Virus record (IMG/VR): IMGVR_UViG_3300045988_117149 | DNA length: 64,000 nt | Reading direction: 5' to 3' (one strand) | Source: a virus | Shown: positions 18,660 to 26,271 of the stretch, piece by piece | Layout: each line of letters begins with the position of its first letter | Numbering within the stretch: the first letter of the stretch is position 1 | The notes under the pieces: generated by a model | Seen by the model: the letters and a program-made list of their open reading frames with translations, nothing else | What the model was told of the DNA's origin: nothing | Database searches by the model: none | Position numbers and translations under genes: made by a program

Positions 18660-20158
18660 CTTGGTTGTACGATTACGTTAGTTTTTCCTTTCCTTATGTG
18701 ATTAGTGATTGCTTTCCCAAAGATGTCATCATCGGAATATACATCACCTTCTAAGTCTACATCCACTGCAGAGTTATTTGCTCTGTGTTTACCCATTGCA
18801 ACAGGTCTACCAATACCATCATATATGAAGGTATAAGCTTCTTGAACGAAGAATGGGTCTTTGATAATTACATTATCATTTCGGATATCCTCTTCTAGGT
18901 TCTCTATTATCACTGAACGATTCTTGGTGGTGGTTAACCAACCTGGAGACTTATCCATCTCTGGTCGGCTTTTGCCCTTTTTCTTGAGCATCTTTTGGTA
19001 GTAATACAAATTCGGATAACCTTCATCCTGGAGTTTAGAAGTTACTGCTAAACCAACGTCATTGGATTCTGGAGCTATCAATGCTTGATTAAATAACATC
19101 CCAGTATCACCAAGTAACTTAGCATAAGTACCCACTGCCATTCTTCCCTTGTATATACATTGTTCTTCTCCTTGCTTATCCATGCAGGTAAATGAAGAGT
19201 AGTCAGTAGCTCTACCTGTTGAAACGTCTGCACCAATGAAATATTCCTTGTCATCCTCTGGTTCACAGAACTGCCTATACTGACCATTGAATCTTCTCTT
19301 TATCACTGGGTAATCACTAAGGCAGTCCTCGATAGCTTTTATGTCAGCTAAGTCGAAGACTGTGTTACCTGATGATAAGAAGTCACCATCAATCTCTTGG
19401 GCAGTTCGTTTAGCTCCCAGGGCAGAAGACATCTGGTTATACCAATTGATATCTCGTTCTGGGTGCATTTGCCAGTATAATCGGATTGGGTTAAATGGGT
19501 TTCCTCCAGCGATAGCATCTACCCAAGTTGAGTGATAGAAGTTACCTACACCGTAAGGAGTTGAATTGACGATAGCAGCACCACCGGTGGATAGAGTTGG
19601 GAATGCGGCTGCCCAAATCTGAGCTGCCCACCGAACTACTGCTGCTTCGTCAATTACCAGGAGTGAAAGTGATTCAGAACGACCGGCTTCTGATGAGGTC
19701 GGAATCGATTCAATGAAAGAACCATTATCGAATTCTATCATTGAAGCAGAACCATATTCTCCAGTTCTACCATTTATGATTGGTGTTTGTAAGTACCATG
19801 GCAAGTTCTTGTACATGAATTTTATTTTCTTCAGTACCTTCTTTGCTGTGGTGTCCTTAATAGAGATGATGTTAATCTTCTTGTTAGGATGATACATAGC
19901 CAACCATAGGCAGTACATTGAAATAAGCTCTGTAATACCAGCCTGACGAAATTTCAGGATGATGTTAAATCTTTCGGCAATGAAATTATACAGAACTGAT
20001 TTCTGGAATGGGTATAGGTCAAATCTTACCTTTCCCAATACTGGGTGTATCACATTACAGAAAAGGCTAAAATAGAAAACATCTACTGAAACCCTTGAGA
20101 GGTTTGCAAGCTCTTCTCGAGTTAAAGTATTTCGAATTTCTGAGATAGTCTTTGCCAT
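18656..20158 (-). CDS. terL: terminase large subunit
   Basis: LYPFQKSVL...KFRQAGITE (Walker A-like R-Q-x-G), LLVIDEAA (Walker B), NSTPYGVGNFY, and a C-terminal nuclease-sized domain. Confidence 0.85.
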   Translation of the reverse strand: MAKTISEIRNTLTREELANLSRVSVDVFYFSLFCNVIHPVLGKVRFDLYPFQKSVLYNFIAERFNIILKFRQAGITELISMYCLWLAMYHPNKKINIISIKDTTAKKVLKKIKFMYKNLPWYLQTPIINGRTGEYGSASMIEFDNGSFIESIPTSSEAGRSESLSLLVIDEAAVVRWAAQIWAAAFPTLSTGGAAIVNSTPYGVGNFYHSTWVDAIAGGNPFNPIRLYWQMHPERDINWYNQMSSALGAKRTAQEIDGDFLSSGNTVFDLADIKAIEDCLSDYPVIKRRFNGQYRQFCEPEDDKEYFIGADVSTGRATDYSSFTCMDKQGEEQCIYKGRMAVGTYAKLLGDTGMLFNQALIAPESNDVGLAVTSKLQDEGYPNLYYYQKMLKKKGKSRPEMDKSPGWLTTTKNRSVIIENLEEDIRNDNVIIKDPFFVQEAYTFIYDGIGRPVAMGKHRANNSAVDVDLEGDVYSDDDIFGKAITNHIRKGKTNVIVQPR

Positions 20159-20160
20159 AT

Positions 20161-20772
20161 CTAAAAGTTATACGTTATTTGAAATTCGATGTCAGTACCT
20201 ATCCCAGATTTTATCTTCGGATAGTAAAATGTATTGACCCCGAGTTTGTAATTAAATCTCTTAGTCTTGATTGAAAGACCAGCTCCCATATCGAAGAGAT
20301 TATTGAAAGGTCTGTATTTGCCATAGACGTATGGACTAAGTGATAGCCTTGCAACTTTCTTTCGAGTTAATTGACCCTCATACCAGTTGTAGTTGTACTT
20401 ATCCAAATCGATATTGAATAGTCTAGTTGAATAAGTTCCTAATTGTTGATTCAGGAAACTTAAGTTCAACTGATTCTTCTTTAAGACAACTTGAACCAGG
20501 GAATCTTGTTTACTGATAACTGGCTGTCTTATGGAATCAGGAAAGAGAGTTGACTGCTTCTTGTTATCGTAAACTAAGATTTTACCTGGTTGAGTTTCTT
20601 CAGAGTACTTCTTCTCTGGTTTGAAGGGTTTGTCTGAGTAGACTGTATCTGGGATTTCATTGACCGCTTGATTCAGAGAATAAACTTCTCGAGTCAGTTT
20701 GTAATTCCTGAAGCAAAGGTAAATAGTAAATCCTAGAAGTACAATGAACAAGGCCCATTTTAATTTCTTCAT
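20161..20772 (-). CDS. signal-anchored protein with beta-rich C-terminus ending in YNF (203 aa)
   Basis: N-terminal KKLKWALFIVLLGFTIYLCF membrane anchor. The C-terminal alternating pattern ends in an aromatic residue, as in outer-membrane beta-barrels. It sits where a small terminase usually lies. Confidence 0.5.
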   Translation of the reverse strand: MKKLKWALFIVLLGFTIYLCFRNYKLTREVYSLNQAVNEIPDTVYSDKPFKPEKKYSEETQPGKILVYDNKKQSTLFPDSIRQPVISKQDSLVQVVLKKNQLNLSFLNQQLGTYSTRLFNIDLDKYNYNWYEGQLTRKKVARLSLSPYVYGKYRPFNNLFDMGAGLSIKTKRFNYKLGVNTFYYPKIKSGIGTDIEFQITYNF

Positions 20773-20819
20773 GGTTCAAAATTTTAGGAAGTTCGCGATT
20801 AATAACATACTATCTAATC

Positions 20820-20840
20820 GGTAATCGCTAAGCGATTACC
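20820..20840. repeat. 21-nt perfect palindrome GGTAATCGCT-A-AGCGATTACC
   Basis: Read directly. A third GCGATTA half-site lies at 20795..20801. Located between the MTase-like gene and the packaging operon. Confidence 0.8.
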
Positions 20841-20880
20841 TTTATCGAACGTAGTGAGATAATATCCCAATATACTACTA

Positions 20881-20990
20881 CTGATATAGATGATATGATA
20901 GCTATATATACGCAGATAAATATATAGATATATATACGTAGTATATTATATATCTATATATTTCAAGGCAGTGTTTGGACTTATATAGAA
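20881..20990. repeat. TA-dinucleotide-rich low-complexity block with TATATATACG direct repeat
   Basis: TATATATACG occurs at 20903..20912 and 20929..20938, within runs of TATA/GATA. Confidence 0.7.
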
Positions 20991-21012
20991 TACTTTCTAT
21001 ATAAAGCTAAAA

Positions 21013-22062
21013 CTAGTGATTCCGTTTAAGGCATTTCTTAAACCAAATCCCCACCTCATAAACCGAACCCTTGGCAATTGTGTACCTTGCCTTGTTTAAC
21101 CAATAATGGTGATTTTTAAAATCCCCTTCATAGGTATCACCTCTGGTAGTTTTGTAGAGGTAAATTTTAAATTTCTCTGGGAATCCCATGATTGCCTTGA
21201 AATCCTCAACTCCCAATGGGTACCCATCTGGTCTAAATTGCCTATCTGCAGGTCTCAAGGTTAATGGAGGTTTATCATCTTCCAATCGATATACTCCCGG
21301 GAGAGTACTCATCTTAGTTGTCTTGATAGGCCACTTCTTTTCCTTGTTGAAGTCTCTAACCCAGAGTCTATGTATCTTTGCTACTGTAAGATTCTTTTTC
21401 TCTGGTAGCTTTCGATAGTCATACATTGCCAGGGTTTTTGCCATAAATGGAATTTGGTTAGTATCAATTTCAGAGCTAAACGTTAGCGGCTTAAGCAACT
21501 CTCTAGTTGTCTTTAGTTCATTAACTTTAAATACTTCATCAAAAGCATTTAAGTATTTCTTACCGGTCTTCTTATGAACTCCAATGATGAGTAATCTCTT
21601 CCTTGACACTTGAGAGTTCCCATAGTCAGAAACTGACCTTTCATGAAAAACTAATTTATAGTCTTTCAGTGTTTCCTCAAAGAAATCCTTGGGTAGCAAG
21701 GATAGTAGTCTTGGTAGATTTTCTATAAGAAATACCTTAGGTTTATACTCTAATATTGCAGCAATTACTAGATTAAGACTACGATTATCCTGGGGATTGC
21801 CCAACTCCTTTACTTTTGATAACCTCATAACTGAGGATGCACCACAGTCTGGGGATGAAATTATGATATCTACTTTCTCATCAAATTCTTGTAAACAGAA
21901 ACCCTTGTAGAATGGTATATCCCCAAAGTTGAGTTTCCATTGTTCTTCGCCCGGTGTATGGAATACTCCTCTAATCTCTATATTCCCTAACAAATTTTTC
22001 TTAAAAGGGAACAGGAGTGCACCCTGTCCAGCGCACACTCCCAATACCTTTAGATTCTTCAT
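21013..22062 (-). CDS. DNA cytosine-5 methyltransferase-like protein (349 aa)
   Basis: Motif I-like LGVCAGQGAL, motif IV-like SSPDCGAS (Cys retained, PDCG instead of PPCQ), motif VI LIENLPRLL, motif VIII-like SQVSRKRLLIIG. Confidence 0.6.
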   Translation of the reverse strand: MKNLKVLGVCAGQGALLFPFKKNLLGNIEIRGVFHTPGEEQWKLNFGDIPFYKGFCLQEFDEKVDIIISSPDCGASSVMRLSKVKELGNPQDNRSLNLVIAAILEYKPKVFLIENLPRLLSLLPKDFFEETLKDYKLVFHERSVSDYGNSQVSRKRLLIIGVHKKTGKKYLNAFDEVFKVNELKTTRELLKPLTFSSEIDTNQIPFMAKTLAMYDYRKLPEKKNLTVAKIHRLWVRDFNKEKKWPIKTTKMSTLPGVYRLEDDKPPLTLRPADRQFRPDGYPLGVEDFKAIMGFPEKFKIYLYKTTRGDTYEGDFKNHHYWLNKARYTIAKGSVYEVGIWFKKCLKRNH

Positions 22063-22499
22063 TTCTTATAACTTCTCAATTTTACGTACTTAAGCCATGC
22101 AAATGGTTTACGATTCTCCAAGTAGTATGGGTCTTTATCATTATTGTGAGCTTCCTCTTCGAAACTTACATCATGATACCTCTCATTCTGTTTGTTCCAA
22201 CCGGCAAAGCACATGATAATAAGATATTCGATTCCATACCAAATGTAAAAGAATCCCAAACCAAGGATAGGAATCCACCAGAAGGATAGACCCAATGAGC
22301 AGAGAATGATTCCTAGAATCAGACCCACAATTGTACACTCAATCTGTTGTACTTGGTGAGTACGTTCGTGATCAATATCCTCTTGCAATAAATCCTCTTC
22401 TTTATCCTTGAAGAAGGAGTTATAGAGGAAGGTAATTGCCTTGTAACTGGGGAAAAGGAATACTTTTGCTACCCAGCTGTTAAAATGACATCTTTTCAT
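22059..22499 (-). CDS. membrane protein with HExxH motif, lysis-cassette partner (146 aa)
   Basis: DIDHERTHQVQQ is followed by 2-3 hydrophobic helices (IVGLILGIILCSLGLSFWWIPILGLGFFYIWYGIEYLIIMCF). 4-nt overlap with the endolysin gene. Confidence 0.45.
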   Translation of the reverse strand: MKRCHFNSWVAKVFLFPSYKAITFLYNSFFKDKEEDLLQEDIDHERTHQVQQIECTIVGLILGIILCSLGLSFWWIPILGLGFFYIWYGIEYLIIMCFAGWNKQNERYHDVSFEEEAHNNDKDPYYLENRKPFAWLKYVKLRSYKK

Positions 22500-23092
22500 A
22501 TCTTATCTTTGAAGTTTTCGTAAGAATTTCTTAGCTTTTGGTCGTAAGCATTTTGTGCATATCCAGGACCATTGTACTTTCTTGCAAAGCCTGCCCAGTC
22601 CTTTTCCTTGAGATTCTTCAAACAACCAGAGGTATTCATGAAGTAGTACATCAATTCTAGTTGTTTTTCGTGAGATTCTGACATCTTATGAACGAATTCA
22701 TAGACATCTTTACAGCTACAAAGATTGTGATTGAAGCCCATGATCTGGAACATTCCCCAACTTGCAGACTTTAAAGCACATTCTTCGTCAATTTCTTTGG
22801 CTAATTCGAGTCTTTTGTACTCATGAACACCTCCGAGATACTTCGATTTATCCCATTTAGGGAAAAATACTGTAGGATACTTCTTGCAAAGATAACCTAA
22901 ATCTCTGTCAGGGAACTTTTTATGAAATTCCTTGTACATGATGTGACCTTCGAAGAGGATTTGAGGTCTACCGTCAGCCAAAAATCCATCTCTACCAGCT
23001 GCTTCTACTACTTGAACAGCTTTGAGTAGAGCTGGTTCTAGACCCAAGCGATTAGCAAGGTCTCTAATCATCTCATTTGTTAATTTATCCAT
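22496..23092 (-). CDS. endolysin, N-acetylmuramidase (pfam11860-type)
   Basis: LLKAVQVVEAAGRDGFLADGRPQILFEGHIMY, SASWGMFQIMGFNH and DWAGFARKYNGPGYAQNAYDQKL match the family signature. Confidence 0.85.
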   Translation of the reverse strand: MDKLTNEMIRDLANRLGLEPALLKAVQVVEAAGRDGFLADGRPQILFEGHIMYKEFHKKFPDRDLGYLCKKYPTVFFPKWDKSKYLGGVHEYKRLELAKEIDEECALKSASWGMFQIMGFNHNLCSCKDVYEFVHKMSESHEKQLELMYYFMNTSGCLKNLKEKDWAGFARKYNGPGYAQNAYDQKLRNSYENFKDKI

Positions 23093-23203
23093 AACTTATC
23101 AGTTTTAATGGTTCAATTTTAGTAACGAAAGTATTGCTTATAACCCATTTTCGGGATGTTAGTTGGTTCTATTATCCTATATAATTCTAAAATATAATGC
23201 AAT

Positions 23204-23728
23204 ATGGAGAAGATTAAGAATGAAAATCGGTGCAAACTATGTAAAGAACCAATCAACCTGGATGATTTTGAATCCTCATTTGAGATACCCCAGTTGATGG
23301 CAAAGAAACACGTTTGCTTTAGTTGTGGTTTTTGGATAAAGAGGAAAGAATATGATGAGAAATTATGGAAAGAGTACTTCAATAGTGGTACTACCAACAG
23401 CTCAAGAATCCCGGTAGTTACTCCTAATTGGGAACATTGGATAGTAAAACCCTTTCAAAATCTACTAATTGAAACGGGTACTTTCTCAAGAGTAAAATTG
23501 GAAGCTACTCGTTATTATATGGCCGTAATAACCGATGCTTACCCCAACAAAGTTTGGTTTATTGATAACAATAACATGTCTCACCAGGGCACTATTCCAG
23601 AGCATCTAAGACATTTATATACTCCAAATGGTATATACCTTTCTCCCATGGAATGGAAACTCTTCCAGGACCGCAAAACAGTTACCTCGGATGAGATAAA
23701 AAATATGATTAATAATGCAATAATATAA
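23204..23728 (+). CDS. zinc-ribbon protein (174 aa)
   Basis: CKLCKEPI...CFSCGFW gives a CxxC...CxxC pair. First gene of a plus-strand cassette. Confidence 0.5.
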   Translation: MEKIKNENRCKLCKEPINLDDFESSFEIPQLMAKKHVCFSCGFWIKRKEYDEKLWKEYFNSGTTNSSRIPVVTPNWEHWIVKPFQNLLIETGTFSRVKLEATRYYMAVITDAYPNKVWFIDNNNMSHQGTIPEHLRHLYTPNGIYLSPMEWKLFQDRKTVTSDEIKNMINNAII

Positions 23729-23739
23729 AATAAATTTCG

Positions 23740-23747
23740 TATATTTG
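23740..23747 (+). promoter_or_regulatory. Bacteroides-type -7 box TATATTTG (plus strand)
   Basis: TTCGTATATTTGCATAAAGA is the same extended box as the minus-strand copies. It lies 27 nt upstream of ATG 23775. Confidence 0.65.
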
Positions 23748-23774
23748 CATAAAGAATTAATTAACTAATTAGAT

Positions 23775-24176
23775 ATGAAAAAAGAAAAGAAAGAAATCAA
23801 AAAGCTCCGTGAAGGTGATGAACTACTCTTCCAACTTGGAGAAAGACAAATCGTAGAGAAGGTGAAAGTAGAATCCATTGATAAGAAAGGTGGGTTTGCA
23901 ATCTTAAGCAATCGAGTAAAAGTTGCTAGAAGTTTGGGTCCTGATGATATCTATGCAAGGTTGGATGGGAAAGATGGAAAGGTATTACCTCTTACCGAGG
24001 AAAACGAGAAATACTTTCAGGCATTCAAGGCATATTTCTCAATTAAGAGAAATTCCGAGATACTGGATAAGGGTCTCAGAAATATGAGTAAGGAAGAACA
24101 AGTAGAAGTACTTATCGAATTCGATAAGAAGTTTACCAAGATTGTTAACAAATACTTCAACAAAGAGGAACAATGA
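23775..24176 (+). CDS. hypothetical protein (133 aa)
   Basis: ORF-track ORF with its own promoter, lysine/glutamate-rich. Confidence 0.55.
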   Translation: MKKEKKEIKKLREGDELLFQLGERQIVEKVKVESIDKKGGFAILSNRVKVARSLGPDDIYARLDGKDGKVLPLTEENEKYFQAFKAYFSIKRNSEILDKGLRNMSKEEQVEVLIEFDKKFTKIVNKYFNKEEQ

Positions 24177-24364
24177 CTACAGTAATATTGACAATTTACC
24201 TGGTATGCTTACCGTTCACAGTATTCTTTGTAAAAGCAACATTAGAATACTTGCCTCAATCACATAAGGTGCATTCACTGGTATTATTCTTATCGGTCTG
24301 GTTTTTGCTACCTTTATTTCCGATTTACCTATTATTGAAATTCATAAAACATAAACTGGTATGA
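24173..24364 (+). CDS. small membrane protein (63 aa)
   Basis: Two hydrophobic helices. ATGA overlap with the upstream gene. Confidence 0.45.
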   Translation: MTTVILTIYLVCLPFTVFFVKATLEYLPQSHKVHSLVLFLSVWFLLPLFPIYLLLKFIKHKLV

Positions 24365-24660
24365 GATACTTTTTTGATAGAGATGGTAATTATGCTGGGT
24401 CATCAATGCAAGGGTGGGAGGTAATACTCCTACTCTGCCTCCCAGTTCTTATTGTATTATTCTTTGTATTCCTTCCCTTAATTATATTGCATAAATATGC
24501 CTCTAGAGAAGAAGATAAGAAATTCGAAGAAGAACATCCGCAAATATTAAAAGTAGATTCTTATATTACCGGCTGGTACCCTTGGCATAGATATTCCCTT
24601 GCATATACCATCTCCCTTGTATGTTGGGTAATTGCAATGCTAATGGCTTTGACTAATTAA
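24361..24660 (+). CDS. small membrane protein (99 aa)
   Basis: Two hydrophobic helices. Its stop overlaps the convergent gene 24653..25411 by 8 nt. Confidence 0.45.
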   Translation: MRYFFDRDGNYAGSSMQGWEVILLLCLPVLIVLFFVFLPLIILHKYASREEDKKFEEEHPQILKVDSYITGWYPWHRYSLAYTISLVCWVIAMLMALTN

Positions 24661-25411
24661 TCTTGATTCTAAGCATAACCCTTTTAACATATCCGTTTAT
24701 CTTATTGCCCAGTATAAGTTCTATAAGTATACCTCCGGAGAAATCTGAAGGAGAAAGGTTTCCTTTTTTAACGGTAATAGAACCATGACTATAGGAACCA
24801 GAGGGAGTCCAATCGGATGGGTCTACTGTATCTATCTTATAATTAATGGCTTGAGAATATTCTCTATCACAACCATAAAATAAACCTTGAGCATCATAGA
24901 GACTCATATTAAAATAGAAATCAGAATAAGGTACCAATTGACTACCTTTTAAGTAGAGCTCGAATATAGCAGTGGGTTCTGTATATGAACCATTATCAGA
25001 CCAAGGGACCTTAGTTACAGGTATAAGTAAATATTCATCTTGAGATGCAGGTAAGGTACCTGAAGTTACATATTGACCATTATAGTTTAAGATATAGGGT
25101 AAGTCTTTATATGTAGTTAGAGAGTTCTTATCATACCTACCCCATATTTCTACATACATTGGGATATCTACTGCCTTCTGAGTGATTGTGATAGTGATAA
25201 CTTTACCAGTAGTGGCTTGGGTAAGAGTGATAGTGGCTGCTCTACTTGAAGAACCTGAGTTTGCAGAAATGTCTACTTCTAAATTGTAAGATACTGCATC
25301 ATTTGATGTCTTCTTAGTAAAAACCCAAGCATTACTTGATGAGATTGGTGGGTCATATGTGATACTTGTAGTAAAGTCAATAATATCTGACTTAGATACT
25401 TTACCATTCAC
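24653..25411 (-). CDS. BACON-like paralog A, body of the gene; 5' end displaced by a C9 tract
   Basis: SGSSSRAATITLTQATTGKVITITITQKA repeat end. The track start is a GTG inside an open frame. The true ATG is probably 25536 (see the repeat feature and findings). Confidence 0.6.
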   Translation of the reverse strand: MNGKVSKSDIIDFTTSITYDPPISSSNAWVFTKKTSNDAVSYNLEVDISANSGSSSRAATITLTQATTGKVITITITQKAVDIPMYVEIWGRYDKNSLTTYKDLPYILNYNGQYVTSGTLPASQDEYLLIPVTKVPWSDNGSYTEPTAIFELYLKGSQLVPYSDFYFNMSLYDAQGLFYGCDREYSQAINYKIDTVDPSDWTPSGSYSHGSITVKKGNLSPSDFSGGILIELILGNKINGYVKRVMLRIKIN

Positions 25412-25512
25412 TACAGTATCTCTATATGAGTGAATGGTAAAGGTCTTTTTGGTTGCATCTGAAGGTACTGTTATTTCCTGAGATGCGGCTCTGGTACTAA
25501 ATACCAGATTTA

Positions 25513-25521
25513 GGGGGGGGG
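25513..25521 (-). repeat. homopolymer C9 (plus-strand G9) in codons 6-8 of the paralog A leader
   Basis: ATG 25536 GAA AAT TTA AAT CCC CCC CCC TAA. One extra C reads through into 24653..25411. Confidence 0.9.
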
Positions 25522-25545
25522 ATTTAAATTTTCCATATCTTTCTT

Positions 25546-26169
25546 TTAATATTGATACATGTCAATTCTGTTACTAGCTATAATGTCCCCATAACTAAAT
25601 CGTATATAAAACCATCCAAAATAAGTTCCGGAACTTCCTCCCTTAGTAGAGATTACCATAGAATCAGTACCTTGAGTTTGGTCTGAAGCTATGGAGAAAC
25701 CACCATTAAAGGGACTTTGTTGAGATATCTCAAAGGTATCAGTAGTTCCCATTCCTTCAGTTTCGATAGTACCATCAGAATAGATATCTGATTTGAAAAC
25801 CTCGAAAATCATTCTGGATATAGTTGAATCTACATGGGTTTCATAAGTTTCTGTGTTGGCATCATAGATATAGTTTCCATTATCCGGATTACCTACACAG
25901 AAATATTTAGTTGAGATTATATATCTCTGAGGAACCTGAGAGTAATTAAGGGTAATCCTCTTACCGGATGCAGGTTGGAGAAGTACTATCTTACCACTTC
26001 GAGTGGAAGAGGTATTATTAGCTGGTACTGTAATGGTTAATTGGGAAGGAACCTCAGAAGTCTTAATAGTACTACCTGAGGGTAAATTCTGAGATTCCAC
26101 TTTCCAATTAGCAGCATATTCTTGAGCTAAGTTACCATTGATGTACTTATAGGTAATAGATTCAACCAT
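25546..26169 (-). CDS. BACON-like paralog B, body of the gene; 5' end displaced by a G7 tract
   Basis: SSTRSGKIVLLQPASGKRITLNYSQVP repeat end. The upstream frame is open back to the tract. The likely true ATG is 26260. Confidence 0.6.
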   Translation of the reverse strand: MVESITYKYINGNLAQEYAANWKVESQNLPSGSTIKTSEVPSQLTITVPANNTSSTRSGKIVLLQPASGKRITLNYSQVPQRYIISTKYFCVGNPDNGNYIYDANTETYETHVDSTISRMIFEVFKSDIYSDGTIETEGMGTTDTFEISQQSPFNGGFSIASDQTQGTDSMVISTKGGSSGTYFGWFYIRFSYGDIIASNRIDMYQY

Positions 26170-26222
26170 TACTACGGTAGTTTCTCCTGCCCCTGCAAAA
26201 CTTAAATCAAGGGTGGTGACCT

Positions 26223-26229
26223 CCCCCCC
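26223..26229 (-). repeat. homopolymer G7 (plus-strand C7) in codons 11-13 of the paralog B leader
   Basis: ATG 26260 ...TTC CGT AGG GGG GGA GGT CAC CAC CCT TGA. One fewer G gives ...RRGEVTTLDLSFAGAGETTVVMVESITYKY in frame. Confidence 0.9.
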
Positions 26230-26271
26230 TACGGAATGATACTACATTTTTCTTTTCCATATCCTTGAAAT

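Noticed and set aside
23119-23397. 92-aa minus-strand ORF overlapping the start of the plus-strand gene 23204..23728.
   Set aside because: It overlaps a better-supported zinc-ribbon ORF and would cross the divergent intergenic region. Its sequence is low-complexity.
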